DNA from: Candidatus Micrarchaeota archaeon
Lineage (GTDB): Archaea; B1Sed10-29; B47-G15
Length of the DNA: 64,000 nt
Reading direction: 5' to 3'
Assembly: GCA_003660975.1 (NCBI GenBank)
Contig: QMVG01000004.1
Coordinates: 1 to 64,000, forward strand
Positions 1 to 8,926 of the stretch are shown piece after piece. The notes below the pieces were generated by a model. That model had not been told where the DNA came from, searched no databases, and saw nothing but the letters and a program-made list of their open reading frames with translations. Each line of letters opens with the position of its first letter. Within the stretch, counting starts at the first letter, position 1. The position numbers and the translations under genes were made by a program.

Positions 1-453
1 CATCTCCTTCAACACTTCCTTATCCACCCCCCTCCTAACTAACTCCTCAGCAGCAACTTCTCTAACAGCCCAACTATCATTCTTTAACATCTCCTTCAAC
101 ACCTTCTCATCAGCTCTCTTAACTAACTCCTCAGCAGCAACCTCTCTGACCTTTGAGTCATTACTTTCCAATGCCCTTTTCAACTGTTCGTTGCTTGAAT
201 ACTTAAGCACTCTCTTGAGAATGCTCTCTCTCTTAGTTAATGCTTCCCACACAACAAAGTCCTTGCTTTTAGCTAATTCCATTATCTCCTCCTTGCTTAA
301 ATTCTCCTTTAGAAGCAGCCTTCTATCCTTTGGGAGGTAAAAAGTGTATGTTAGCTTTGGCTTTATTCTGCCTTTATATGGCTCCAATTCTTTCTTTATT
401 ATTTCCCAGGTCTTCAGAGAAGGACCTTTCTTATAATGACGTCCTCCGGGCAT
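1..453 (-). CDS. HEAT/PBS-lyase-like repeat protein, runs off the window start
   Basis: Manual translation from ATG 453: MPGGRHYKKG...LESNDSKVREVAAEELVKRADEKVLKEMLKNDSWAVREVAAEELVRRG; ~28-aa repeats also visible as DNA repeats; absent from the ORF track because truncated. Confidence 0.75.
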   Translation of the reverse strand, partial: MPGGRHYKKGPSLKTWEIIKKELEPYKGRIKPKLTYTFYLPKDRRLLLKENLSKEEIMELAKSKDFVVWEALTKRESILKRVLKYSSNEQLKRALESNDSKVREVAAEELVKRADEKVLKEMLKNDSWAVREVAAEELVRRGVDKEVLKEM

Positions 454-503
454 AATGTACTTTATGCAAATTCTTTTTATAAATCTTTTAGTCAGGACGC
501 ATG

Positions 504-577
504 TAAGCCTTTTCTGTTATTGCGATGCTAAAGGCTTAAGCGAAACTGAAGCCCCAATAGGGACCTTTGGTCCCTAG
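504..577 (-). repeat. Hairpin cassette behind tRNA-Leu(TAG); near-identical inverted copy at 56462-56536
   Basis: TAGGGACC-ttt-GGTCCCTA hairpin (558-576) plus TAAGCCTTT...AAAGGCTTA palindrome (504-538); 4 substitutions and 1 indel versus the other copy. Confidence 0.9.
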
Positions 578-680
578 TGCAGGGAGAGGGATTCGAACCC
601 TCGAAGGCACTAAGCCACTGGGTTTCTCAGCTCTCACGAGCTCCTAAGCCCAGCCCTTTTGACCACTCAGGCATCCCTGC
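578..680 (-). tRNA. tRNA-Leu(TAG) with 19-nt intron at 37/38
   Basis: GCAGGGA...TCCCTGCA acceptor, CTGGG/CCCAG anticodon stem, long variable arm, GTTCGAATC T-loop, BHB motif. Confidence 0.93.
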
Positions 681-693
681 TAAAAGATAGAAC

Positions 694-807
694 TTAGAGC
701 TTACCTGCCCTATGCAGTCTTTTCTTCTTTCTTTTTCTCATTTTCTTTTTCTTCCATTTCCATCTCATTCTTCCTTTTTTCTTCCATGCTCTAGGTTTGC
801 TTTTCAA
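694..807 (-). CDS. rpl41e: Ribosomal protein L41e (eS32/aS32), 37 aa
   Basis: TTG start after GGTGA RBS; MKSKPRAWKKKGRMRWKWKKKKMRKRKKKRLHRAGKL carries the MRWKW signature; below the ORF-track cutoff. Confidence 0.85.
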   Translation of the reverse strand: MKSKPRAWKKKGRMRWKWKKKKMRKRKKKRLHRAGKL

Positions 808-836
808 TCTATCACCTGCTTTTTTGGTATTTTTAA

Positions 837-940
837 TGCTCCCGTCGGGATTTGAACCCGAGTCTCAGGCTTTCTTCTCCTTGTGCGCAACAGCAAAAGG
901 ACCGAAAGGCCTGAATCCTTGACCGCTAGACTACGGGAGC
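837..940 (-). tRNA. tRNA-Glu(TTC) with ~29-nt intron
   Basis: GCTCCCG/CGGGAGC acceptor, CAGGC/GCCTG anticodon stem, BHB motif, GTTCAAATC T-loop. Confidence 0.93.
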
Positions 941-1039
941 TCAAACTTCCTTAATTTAAGAAGACAATCATTTATATATAATCAGGCATACAAAATTATA
1001 AACTCCACACTTTTTATATATTGTGGAAGAGGTGTGATT

Positions 1040-1192
1040 ATGGCTATTTTTCCAGAAGCCAGAGAGAGAAGATTGAGAAAAAAGATTTGCAGAAAATGTG
1101 GTGCAAGTAACCCTTGGACTGCTAAGAAATGCAGAAAATGCGGCTCGAAGGATTTGAGACCAAAGAAACTTGAGAAGAAGGGGAAAGCGTAG
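1040..1192 (+). CDS. rpl40e: 50S ribosomal protein L40e, 50 aa
   Basis: [43 protein letters not shown]: C4 zinc finger plus LRPK; GAGGTG RBS. Confidence 0.95.
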   Translation: MAIFPEARERRLRKKICRKCGASNPWTAKKCRKCGSKDLRPKKLEKKGKA

Positions 1193-1193
1193 T

Positions 1194-2072
1194 ATGAGAC
1201 ACTATGATCTCATACAAAAAGTAGTTAATATACTTGATGACAATGATTTTGATATCCTAACCTATTTTAGCAGCTGTGTAGACATAGCTGCCCAGAAAAA
1301 AAGACTGAAGTTGCTAATAAAGGTTCTAGAAAACATTGATGCGATGAAGAAAGAGCAGGCAGACGATTTGAAGAAGTTATCTGCTGTGCTTTATGCCTAT
1401 CCCCTTCTAATAGGAGACCACAGTAAAAAGGAAAAGCTCCAGAACGGCGTGCTGTATGAAAGGTACAACATATCTTGCTTGAATCCAGAGACATTTGAAG
1501 AAACTCTAACAGGAGCTTATCCTGAAAAGACATATAACAGGGGCAGGCTTATAGTGGAGGTCAACGGTGAAGCACTGAAGCAAGCAAGGATTAGAAAAGG
1601 CCTCAGCATGGAGGAACTGGCGAGAATATTAAACGCAAGCAAAGAAAGCATATACTACTATGAAAAGAATTACATGAGAATGAGGTATGAAATAGCAGAG
1701 AGACTTAAGAGGATTCTTTCCAGCGACATAGTCACAAAAAAGAAGCCTTTCATAAGACCAAAAGTGAGTCTGGACAAACCCTCCAACGAGATTGCAAATA
1801 AGCTGCTTATTTTTGATTTTGACGTTTATGCTTTTAGCAAGCTGCAATTTAATTTAGGTGCGCGTGATGACAAAAACAGCATATTTATCCAAACAGAAAT
1901 ACCTGCAAATACTGAAAAAATGAAACAACTTAGCAATTTTTTCAATGCCCTTTTTGCCATAGTGCACGAGAACAGCAAATATGATAATCTGCCTGTGATT
2001 TCTCCTTTTGAGTTTAAAACAGCAAGAACAAAGGAAGAGCTAATAAAGATTATAAGAGAGAGAAGCAACTAA
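1194..2072 (+). CDS. Archaeal Cro/C1 HTH transcriptional regulator
   Basis: DIAA..K..KLLIKVL.NID N-terminal domain, GVLYERY motif, central HTH LKQARIRKGLSMEELARIL; start moved to ATG 1194. Confidence 0.8.
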   Translation: MRHYDLIQKVVNILDDNDFDILTYFSSCVDIAAQKKRLKLLIKVLENIDAMKKEQADDLKKLSAVLYAYPLLIGDHSKKEKLQNGVLYERYNISCLNPETFEETLTGAYPEKTYNRGRLIVEVNGEALKQARIRKGLSMEELARILNASKESIYYYEKNYMRMRYEIAERLKRILSSDIVTKKKPFIRPKVSLDKPSNEIANKLLIFDFDVYAFSKLQFNLGARDDKNSIFIQTEIPANTEKMKQLSNFFNALFAIVHENSKYDNLPVISPFEFKTARTKEELIKIIRERSN

Positions 2073-2148
2073 GCGAATTCTATGAAAAATTTTTAGAAAA
2101 CGATAGTTTTAAATATCATGATTGTGTCATGATAGATACGGAGATGTC

Positions 2149-2583
2149 ATGACAGGCGTGAATCCATTCAAGGATGACATTGACAAGGACTTTGAGAAAT
2201 TGGTCTTTGATATAAAATACGATAAAGAACAATTTAAAGATTCCGAAACAATCGGTTTGCTGCTGTACAGACTGGCGAAGGAAAGGGAAAAAACCAATTA
2301 CCTATACGAGCAGATACTGAAACGCTTGGATGAAATATCACGCTCACTTACCACCCAACCAGTGAGAGAGAGTGCCCCCCAAGCAGGGGTACTCTCAGAT
2401 ATAGATATGAAAATACTTGACTTTGTCAAAAAAACAGGCAAGGTTGACGCGCGGACCGTCCAGGAGAAGTTTGGTTATAAGGGACAGAACGCCGCCTCCG
2501 CAAGACTTAACGGCTTGTTCAAAGCCGGACTTCTCAAGAAAGGACGGGCAGGAAAAAAGGTCCTTTATTGGGCAGAGGGGTGA
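2149..2583 (+). CDS. Coiled-coil plus C-terminal winged-HTH protein
   Basis: LSDIDMKILDFVKK...ASARLNGLFKAGLLKKGRAGKKVLY wHTH pattern. Confidence 0.7.
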   Translation: MTGVNPFKDDIDKDFEKLVFDIKYDKEQFKDSETIGLLLYRLAKEREKTNYLYEQILKRLDEISRSLTTQPVRESAPQAGVLSDIDMKILDFVKKTGKVDARTVQEKFGYKGQNAASARLNGLFKAGLLKKGRAGKKVLYWAEG

Positions 2584-2620
2584 ATACCCCTCACATTTTC
2601 TTTTTTATTAATTTTTAGAA

Positions 2621-2995
2621 TTAGCAGCTGAAAGGACTTTCTGGAAGGTTAATGTCAAATATATAATATTCCCCACTACTTAGTGGTCTTGAAAGAGGTC
2701 TCCATTCAGAACTTCCTGCTGGCAAGCCAGATATATTGAGAACAGCAGCCACTTCATTGCTGTCCTTGCTGAATATCTTAACAGCGTCTTTTTTGTTTTT
2801 TGGGATATTATCCTTGCCCAGATTAGCTATGTAGACATGAGAGCCATTGCAGTCACTTATATGCACTGGAAAGTATGGGACCTCAGTGCCTTTGCCAAAG
2901 AGCGGCACGGCCCAGAACCAGACAACTACAGCAGAGAGTATTATTATAACTATTATAAGCACAATGGACACTGTTTCACTTACAGCTTTTTTCAT
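2621..2995 (-). CDS. Type IV pilin-like protein (class III signal peptide)
   Basis: MKKA/VSETV followed by hydrophobic helix; internal Cys and C-terminal FSC. Confidence 0.85.
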   Translation of the reverse strand: MKKAVSETVSIVLIIVIIILSAVVVWFWAVPLFGKGTEVPYFPVHISDCNGSHVYIANLGKDNIPKNKKDAVKIFSKDSNEVAAVLNISGLPAGSSEWRPLSRPLSSGEYYIFDINLPESPFSC

Positions 2996-3044
2996 ATAAT
3001 CAATTTAGTAAGTACTACATTTTATTAATGCCTTTGCCTGAGAA

Positions 3045-3434
3045 CTAGCAGTTAAAGTATACTCTCGGAAAATCAGAATCTTCTATATAATACCTTCTGC
3101 TTCTATATATCCTTGAATTGTTGTAAAAGGTCCTCCAGTACAGGCCTCCTGCCACCATCCTCCTCAGGTCTACTTTTCCCCTGTAATTGCCATCTATGTC
3201 ATAGATGCTGACATTGTGGGATGCTTTTGTTTGGCTTCCCCCAATATTCCTGACAAGCAGTTTTACTGTGCCACCACTTATGTTGCACGATGATACACTT
3301 ATGTAATACCTTATAGAAGCACTGCTTTCTCCTGGTATGAACGGCATCACGTAAAACCAAACAGCAGCAGCTGCAATCACCGCGATCGTTATCAATAACA
3401 TTGCAGATACGATGGGAGACATGCCTTTCTTCAT
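3045..3434 (-). CDS. Type IV pilin-like protein (class III signal peptide)
   Basis: MKKG/MSPIVSAMLLITIAVIAA; C-terminal FNC. Confidence 0.88.
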   Translation of the reverse strand: MKKGMSPIVSAMLLITIAVIAAAAVWFYVMPFIPGESSASIRYYISVSSCNISGGTVKLLVRNIGGSQTKASHNVSIYDIDGNYRGKVDLRRMVAGGLYWRTFYNNSRIYRSRRYYIEDSDFPRVYFNC

Positions 3435-3528
3435 GCTATCACTTTAGTTATCTTCTTACTGGTTTAAAGAATTGTCTGGAGAAAATTATAAAATAGAATA
3501 AGAAAAATGAGTGTTTTTGATTTGTTTC

Positions 3529-3936
3529 TCAGCACGTGAATGTTGTTTTCGGTATATCTGTGCCTTCTATATATAGTGTTCCTGATATTATTCCGCTGTC
3601 ACCAGTGTCATTTTGTATTTCCTCGCCGTGGAGCAGTTCCTGGGGCGATAGGTCCTCGGAAAGCGTTATGTTTCCCACTTTGCTGCCAGCACTGTTATAC
3701 ACTATTAGGACAGAATTAGCTGACAGCGTTGATGAACCAACATTCCTTATACTAACATTCGCTCCTCCAGTTGTTTTAGAGCAACCACTTAATACAAGAG
3801 AGTATTGCCCTACTGTGTTGCTTACCTGCGTCTGTGTCAGCATTGGAGCCACCCAGAACCAAACGCCAGCAGCTGCAATCACTGCTATTGCTATCAAAAG
3901 CACTACGGAAACAACAGGTGATATTCCCTTATCCAT
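3529..3936 (-). CDS. Type IV pilin-like protein, possibly the major pilin
   Basis: MDKG/ISPVVSVVLLIAIAVIAA; strong GGAGGT RBS; C-terminal FTC. Confidence 0.9.
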   Translation of the reverse strand: MDKGISPVVSVVLLIAIAVIAAAGVWFWVAPMLTQTQVSNTVGQYSLVLSGCSKTTGGANVSIRNVGSSTLSANSVLIVYNSAGSKVGNITLSEDLSPQELLHGEEIQNDTGDSGIISGTLYIEGTDIPKTTFTC

Positions 3937-3995
3937 AATATCATACCTCCGTTAACATCATCTTATTACTTTAAATGGAGCAAATCTTTATAAAC

Positions 3996-6170
3996 CTATG
4001 CTTGTTCCTTGAGCTTTAGCAACAAGGCCTCCTTTCCCAACATCTCAGATGAGTAATCTACATTGGCAAGGCTTATCCAATCAGGATTTGCGGTTCTTAG
4101 CTCTATCAATGCTTTTTTTAATGTTTTTCCGTCAATATTCAGTTCTTGGGCTATCTCCGTTAATTTCTTAGGCACATTCAACGGCATCTTTTTAATGTAA
4201 TTTTCCAACATTTGCTTTGTGTCTACTTGCGTGTTTTCTATAAGCTCGTTTAACTTTTCCACTTTTTCCTTTATCTCCTCACTTCTCTTTTCAACAGTGC
4301 TTAACTTTTCATTGACGTTTTTGACCTTTTCTTCTGCCCCTTTTACAGCTACATGGGCCTCCTGCAGCGTTTTGTCTTTCTTTTTCTTCTTTAAGCTGCC
4401 CAGGGTATTTTTTATTTCATTTAACATATTCTTTATTTCAACCATCTTTTCCACACTCCCCCTCGGAAGGATTTTTTTAGGACTCTTGATTTTTAATGCA
4501 TGGTTTTTTATTCCTCTAAGCTCCTCTCCTTCAATCGCACCGTCTAAATTTTTCTGAGCTTCTAAGACAGCGCTTTTCACGTCTTCTACATGTTTCTCTG
4601 ATATATGTTCCTCTTTTTCCAGCTCACTCTCGATTCTGCTGAGCCCCTCTGTTAAGCGCTTAACTTTGTCATTGATGTCTTTTGCTTCCCCTTTCTTTAC
4701 GCTTTCTAATGCTTCTTTGCTTTCTTTATGCAGTTTATTTACTATACTCTCAATTCTCTTGTTCTTCTCGGCCTTCGTCAGATTCTCTTTGTGCTTATTT
4801 AGGATAAACTTTGCATCATCTTTTATTATCTTATGCTCCAAATTGTGCGGTTCCATCTCTATCTTGTTTTCAATTTCGCTTATCTTTTTCCTGAGCTCTG
4901 CAATTTTTTCCTTTGAAGCTTCTTCCAGTTTCTTGTCCTTGGCATTTTTTATTATAGATTCTATGGCATCAACCTCATTTTTTAGAAAAGTCAAATGTTG
5001 CGCTTCACTTATCGGGAAGCTTCTAGAATAGAATGAGATTTTATCAAGTTCTTTTGAGATTTTGCCTATTTTTTCCATTATCATCTTATCGTTTGGATGC
5101 GTGTATTTCTTTTCAAGCACATTATCCAAGGCAGATATCTTGTCCTCCACCTTGTTTACTTTTACCTTCAAGGAAGACAAGGCGGTTCTCTCAGGAGAAA
5201 ATTTATTTTTACTGATGTTTGCTTCAAGCGTCTTTATCTCTTTCTTTACATCCTCGTTCATTTTTGATACTTTGTCAACCCTTTTCTTTAACAAAGCCGC
5301 GTCAGTGCTGGAAAGCAATGACTGAACTGTTTTTATCTCGCTCTCTATATGTGCAAGTTTTTGATTGATAGCATCAATTTCCTTTATTGTGGAAAGTTTA
5401 GCAAACTGCTTTGAAAGCTCTCCTATTTTTATTTCTAGTTCATCCATTTCTCTTTGTAAAGCATGCACAGCATTTTCATCTTTAAAGTGGGGGCTGAAGC
5501 TACCTTCTTTCTCTGTTATCTTCTTTACTTCTTTATCTGTTTCTTCTATCTTCTTGCGCAGGACATCAATGCTGCTTTTTAACGTGTTTATATCCTTCAA
5601 TAAGTTTACGTCTGAGACAGGCTTACTTTCTACTTGTTTTAATGACTGTTTCAGGGATTCAATCTCCTGGGTCATTACTTCAATCTTCTTGCTCAATGGA
5701 AAGTGGTCTGTGAGTTTCATAATTTCATTTAATTTCTTGGAAAAATCAGCAACTTTCTTTTTTTGTTCCTCTATCAGGTCTGCGATTCTAAGCTCAGATT
5801 CCTTTTGTATTTCTGAAATCTCAGATTCCAGTTCATCCTGCTTGCTTCGCAGCTTGTTGATGTTTTCCCTTATGTTTTTGAGTTCCTCCAAAATCTTGAT
5901 TTGTGATTTGGCCAAGCTTTTTATCACCTTTTCTGTTTTGTCCTCCTCCATGTTTTGCGATGCGTCTATTAACAGGTTAAGCAGATAATCTAGCTTCTGG
6001 GCTAGCTTTTTGTTATGGTCTATATCTCCACTTATACGTTCCTTCAGCGTAGATGACTTCCCGCCCTCAATGGCCTCTAGTTCTTTCAGGGCTCCTTCAA
6101 GCTCCTCTATCTCAGCGCTTAAGTTGTCCTGCTTCTCTCTAAGTTGCTTTACTTTGTTTTCCTTTTCCAT
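3996..6170 (-). CDS. Long coiled-coil hypothetical protein, 724 aa
   Basis: K/E/L-rich heptads throughout, no ATPase motif; possible HTH-like C-terminus. Confidence 0.7.
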   Translation of the reverse strand: MEKENKVKQLREKQDNLSAEIEELEGALKELEAIEGGKSSTLKERISGDIDHNKKLAQKLDYLLNLLIDASQNMEEDKTEKVIKSLAKSQIKILEELKNIRENINKLRSKQDELESEISEIQKESELRIADLIEEQKKKVADFSKKLNEIMKLTDHFPLSKKIEVMTQEIESLKQSLKQVESKPVSDVNLLKDINTLKSSIDVLRKKIEETDKEVKKITEKEGSFSPHFKDENAVHALQREMDELEIKIGELSKQFAKLSTIKEIDAINQKLAHIESEIKTVQSLLSSTDAALLKKRVDKVSKMNEDVKKEIKTLEANISKNKFSPERTALSSLKVKVNKVEDKISALDNVLEKKYTHPNDKMIMEKIGKISKELDKISFYSRSFPISEAQHLTFLKNEVDAIESIIKNAKDKKLEEASKEKIAELRKKISEIENKIEMEPHNLEHKIIKDDAKFILNKHKENLTKAEKNKRIESIVNKLHKESKEALESVKKGEAKDINDKVKRLTEGLSRIESELEKEEHISEKHVEDVKSAVLEAQKNLDGAIEGEELRGIKNHALKIKSPKKILPRGSVEKMVEIKNMLNEIKNTLGSLKKKKKDKTLQEAHVAVKGAEEKVKNVNEKLSTVEKRSEEIKEKVEKLNELIENTQVDTKQMLENYIKKMPLNVPKKLTEIAQELNIDGKTLKKALIELRTANPDWISLANVDYSSEMLGKEALLLKLKEQA

Positions 6171-6709
6171 ATGAAAAATTGAGAGAATATGGGTTTATAT
6201 AGCTTTTTACTGTATGCCTTCTGCTTGTTAAGCCAGCAGGCCCAGAGCAACAAGGCAAAGAGGGGCATCGCTACTCTCCATAAAATATTATGCACTATGC
6301 TGTAATAAGCAATACCATAGCTTTCCATTACATAGAAGCTTAGTGATAACCTTAATAAATTCACAAGATACATAAGCGGAACAGCCCAAAGTAGAGATTT
6401 AAGTTTTTCCTTTGGTTTCACGTCTGGAGTAGCCACAATCAAAGCGGTAATTGCAAAAACAGCATAAAGGCCAACACAGGCAGGTATTATGACTGCCTCA
6501 CTTTTTTCCATAACTATTATGTTTTCCCTTGCCACAGCATTAATCCCAAACAGCCTTAATAACAAAGCGCTGTGTTCAGCAACGTAATCCTGCATGAAGT
6601 TTTTTTCTACATAAGTGTCCACTATGTTAAGCAGTAGCCCAAACGCCGCCAGGATCAGCATAAACCTTATTATTTTTACCTTCACACTTTTTATAGGGCA
6701 GCTTCGCAT
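6149..6709 (-). CDS. Archaeosortase/exosortase family membrane protein
   Basis: Multi-TM; Cys (IIPACVG), Arg (VNLLRL) and His (IVHNILW) match the family catalytic pattern; start uncertain. Confidence 0.8.
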   Translation of the reverse strand: MRSCPIKSVKVKIIRFMLILAAFGLLLNIVDTYVEKNFMQDYVAEHSALLLRLFGINAVARENIIVMEKSEAVIIPACVGLYAVFAITALIVATPDVKPKEKLKSLLWAVPLMYLVNLLRLSLSFYVMESYGIAYYSIVHNILWRVAMPLFALLLWACWLNKQKAYSKKLYKPIFSQFFIWKRKTK

Positions 6710-6718
6710 ATTAATAAT

Positions 6719-7033
6719 GTGGGCATATCTGACAGTTTGAAATATATGTTGAGCAGTTTTGGTTATGAAATAGATAGCGATGGCAATATAAGGCCTTCAA
6801 TAAACCAGATGGGCTGCCTGTCTATAGAGGAAAGTGATGAAGAAGGCATTTTACATCTTGAGCTTGGTGAAAGCGACTTTCTGCCCCAGAAAACAGGCAA
6901 TGTTGCAGTACCTGTAAAGATAAACAAAATCTACACCTACTTTCAAGGAGACGATGCTGTTTACAGGATAAGAAACAGGGAATTATTTGAAAACCTTGCA
7001 CTTGCACTTATGGAAGCTGATAAGGACTTATAA
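6719..7033 (+). CDS. Hypothetical protein
   Basis: 104-aa ORF filling the gap between two minus-strand genes. Confidence 0.55.
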   Translation: MGISDSLKYMLSSFGYEIDSDGNIRPSINQMGCLSIEESDEEGILHLELGESDFLPQKTGNVAVPVKINKIYTYFQGDDAVYRIRNRELFENLALALMEADKDL

Positions 7034-7717
7034 CCTGTCCTTCACCTTAACCATAAAGCCTATCAGTGCACTTGCTTCCTTGATTCTAATTGCTGAACGC
7101 CCTATGACTCTTTTGAACATTGCCTTAACCTGCTCTGGCTTCATAAAATCCAATTTGTCAACAAGTTCTGAGAATTCTTTGCACAACCTTTGTTTCATCT
7201 CAGGGCTAGCAAGTTTTTCTTCTCCTTCTTCCAAGTCGCTGATCTCATACAGGATGACTGTCAGCGCGTGAGAGGCATTCATGACAGGATAACCTCTGCT
7301 TGTTGGGATGTGTACGACAATATCGCATAGAGATAGCTCATCATTGCTGAGCCCAGTACTCTCCCTGCCTATTAAAATTGCCTTTTTTCCCTTGCTGTTT
7401 TTTAATATGCTTTTTAACTGTTTTGGAGAAACCGTGCTCCTTTCAGTACTATATTTATCAGCCAGTATCCCTGTGCTTCCTATGACGAGGTCAAATTCAG
7501 ATAAAAAAGACAAGTCTTTTCTAATGCGTGCGCTTTCAAGTATGTCCTTTGCGTGCATGGCCAGCGCTTTTGCCTCTTTAGACAAGGGATCGCATTTTGG
7601 GTTTACCAGGATAAGCTCCCTGAAAGCAAAGTTCTTCATAGACCGAGCTACTGCGCCAACATTTCCCGGGTTTTCAGGTTCTACAAAGACAACAGAGAAC
7701 ATGCTAATCTCCCACAT
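7028..7717 (-). CDS. trmJ: TrmJ-like SPOUT tRNA 2'-O-methyltransferase
   Basis: VVFVEPENPGNVGAVARSMKNF, GRESTGL, YPVMNASHA motifs. Confidence 0.88.
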   Translation of the reverse strand: MWEISMFSVVFVEPENPGNVGAVARSMKNFAFRELILVNPKCDPLSKEAKALAMHAKDILESARIRKDLSFLSEFDLVIGSTGILADKYSTERSTVSPKQLKSILKNSKGKKAILIGRESTGLSNDELSLCDIVVHIPTSRGYPVMNASHALTVILYEISDLEEGEEKLASPEMKQRLCKEFSELVDKLDFMKPEQVKAMFKRVIGRSAIRIKEASALIGFMVKVKDRL

Positions 7718-8366
7718 TAAATAGAGATTTGTACTGCTCTATGTCCTTCTGGCTTATGGCGCATCCTGAAAATTTAAGGGCATACAGGCCTCCCTCAAGC
7801 ACCTCTGCGTTTTTTGGTTTGACCAGGCCTTTCTCGTAAGCATAGGCAAAAAGCTCACTGGAGCGAATTACCTTTACTCCTGTTGCCCTTTTCTTTATCT
7901 CTTCAACTATATTTTCATTCATTTTCACATCTATGTTCATTCTCTCCTTCAATGTTTCCACAATGCTTTCTGGGTTCTCTATGAGTTCTCTCATGGTCCT
8001 CTCATCACAAAGCAGAATGTTTGCCCCAGTTTTCTTTAAGCAGATAAAAGCCTCTGCCTCGCCCCTCTGGATTATCTTTATCCTCTTGCCATTATGCTCA
8101 AATATGTTATTTGCCATTGCCATAAACTCTTTTGCGTCAGACTTTAAGCTCTCAGGGTATACCTTTATTACTCCTTTATCTACAAGCTCCCTTATTCTGG
8201 CAGCATTAAACATAAAGCGGTGAGTTTGCAAAGGGTCATCGATGATCTCTCTCTTAACACTTTGCGGTATTATGAATTCAGCGTTTATCTCTTCCAGAAT
8301 GTTTATCAGACATGTGTCTGCCAATGAAATTATAGAACTTGAATCGCAGATGATTTTAACAGCCAT
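7704..8366 (-). CDS. PIN-domain protein
   Basis: IICDSSSII, QRGEAEA, LLCDERTMR acidic PIN motifs. Confidence 0.75.
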   Translation of the reverse strand: MAVKIICDSSSIISLADTCLINILEEINAEFIIPQSVKREIIDDPLQTHRFMFNAARIRELVDKGVIKVYPESLKSDAKEFMAMANNIFEHNGKRIKIIQRGEAEAFICLKKTGANILLCDERTMRELIENPESIVETLKERMNIDVKMNENIVEEIKKRATGVKVIRSSELFAYAYEKGLVKPKNAEVLEGGLYALKFSGCAISQKDIEQYKSLFNVGD

Positions 8367-8367
8367 C

Positions 8368-8919
8368 TCAGCCCTCCAGAAAACCCTTTAAATCCTTATA
8401 CCTCTCTATTGCAGTTTTAGCTTCATGGCGGTCGTGTATTTTTGTCTTTCCAATCATAGATAACAACCGTCCTTTGCTCACGCCAGTCAGTGCAGCAGCT
8501 TGGCCCAATGACAAGCCCATGCTGTAAGCTCTGATGGCCTGCTTCAGTCTTGCCTTTTCAACCACGTTGTCAATGTATATGCCTAAATTTTCATAGAAGG
8601 AGGACGTGAGCTCTAGCATCTCTCTCAAAACTTTGTCCAGCTCTTCTCTTGTTTGGCTTTTTTCTTCAGCTCTTTTGAGCAGATGCAGCATATCTTTTTT
8701 AAATTTCTCCCATTCTGGCCTACGCCTTAAATTGGACTTACTGGCAATTTTATATAAGGCATAACACAGAAGCGAGAGCTCTATGAGTTGTGTCTCCTCA
8801 TTTAATATAGCATCTCTAAGCAAATCGTTGCTCATGTCTCTAAGCTTTAAGTACTCTGACTTTGAAAAAGCTTCCCTGGCTTCTGATAAAGCCCTGTCAA
8901 CCTCTTTTTCTTCAATCAT
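8368..8919 (-). CDS. Helical protein with C-terminal HTH (UPF0175-like)
   Basis: AIRAYSMGLSLGQAAALTGVS. Confidence 0.65.
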   Translation of the reverse strand: MIEEKEVDRALSEAREAFSKSEYLKLRDMSNDLLRDAILNEETQLIELSLLCYALYKIASKSNLRRRPEWEKFKKDMLHLLKRAEEKSQTREELDKVLREMLELTSSFYENLGIYIDNVVEKARLKQAIRAYSMGLSLGQAAALTGVSKGRLLSMIGKTKIHDRHEAKTAIERYKDLKGFLEG

Positions 8920-8926
8920 AAGACCA

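Noticed and set aside
3996-6170. Second SMC/Rad50 ATPase
   Set aside because: No Walker A/B or signature motif; coiled coil only
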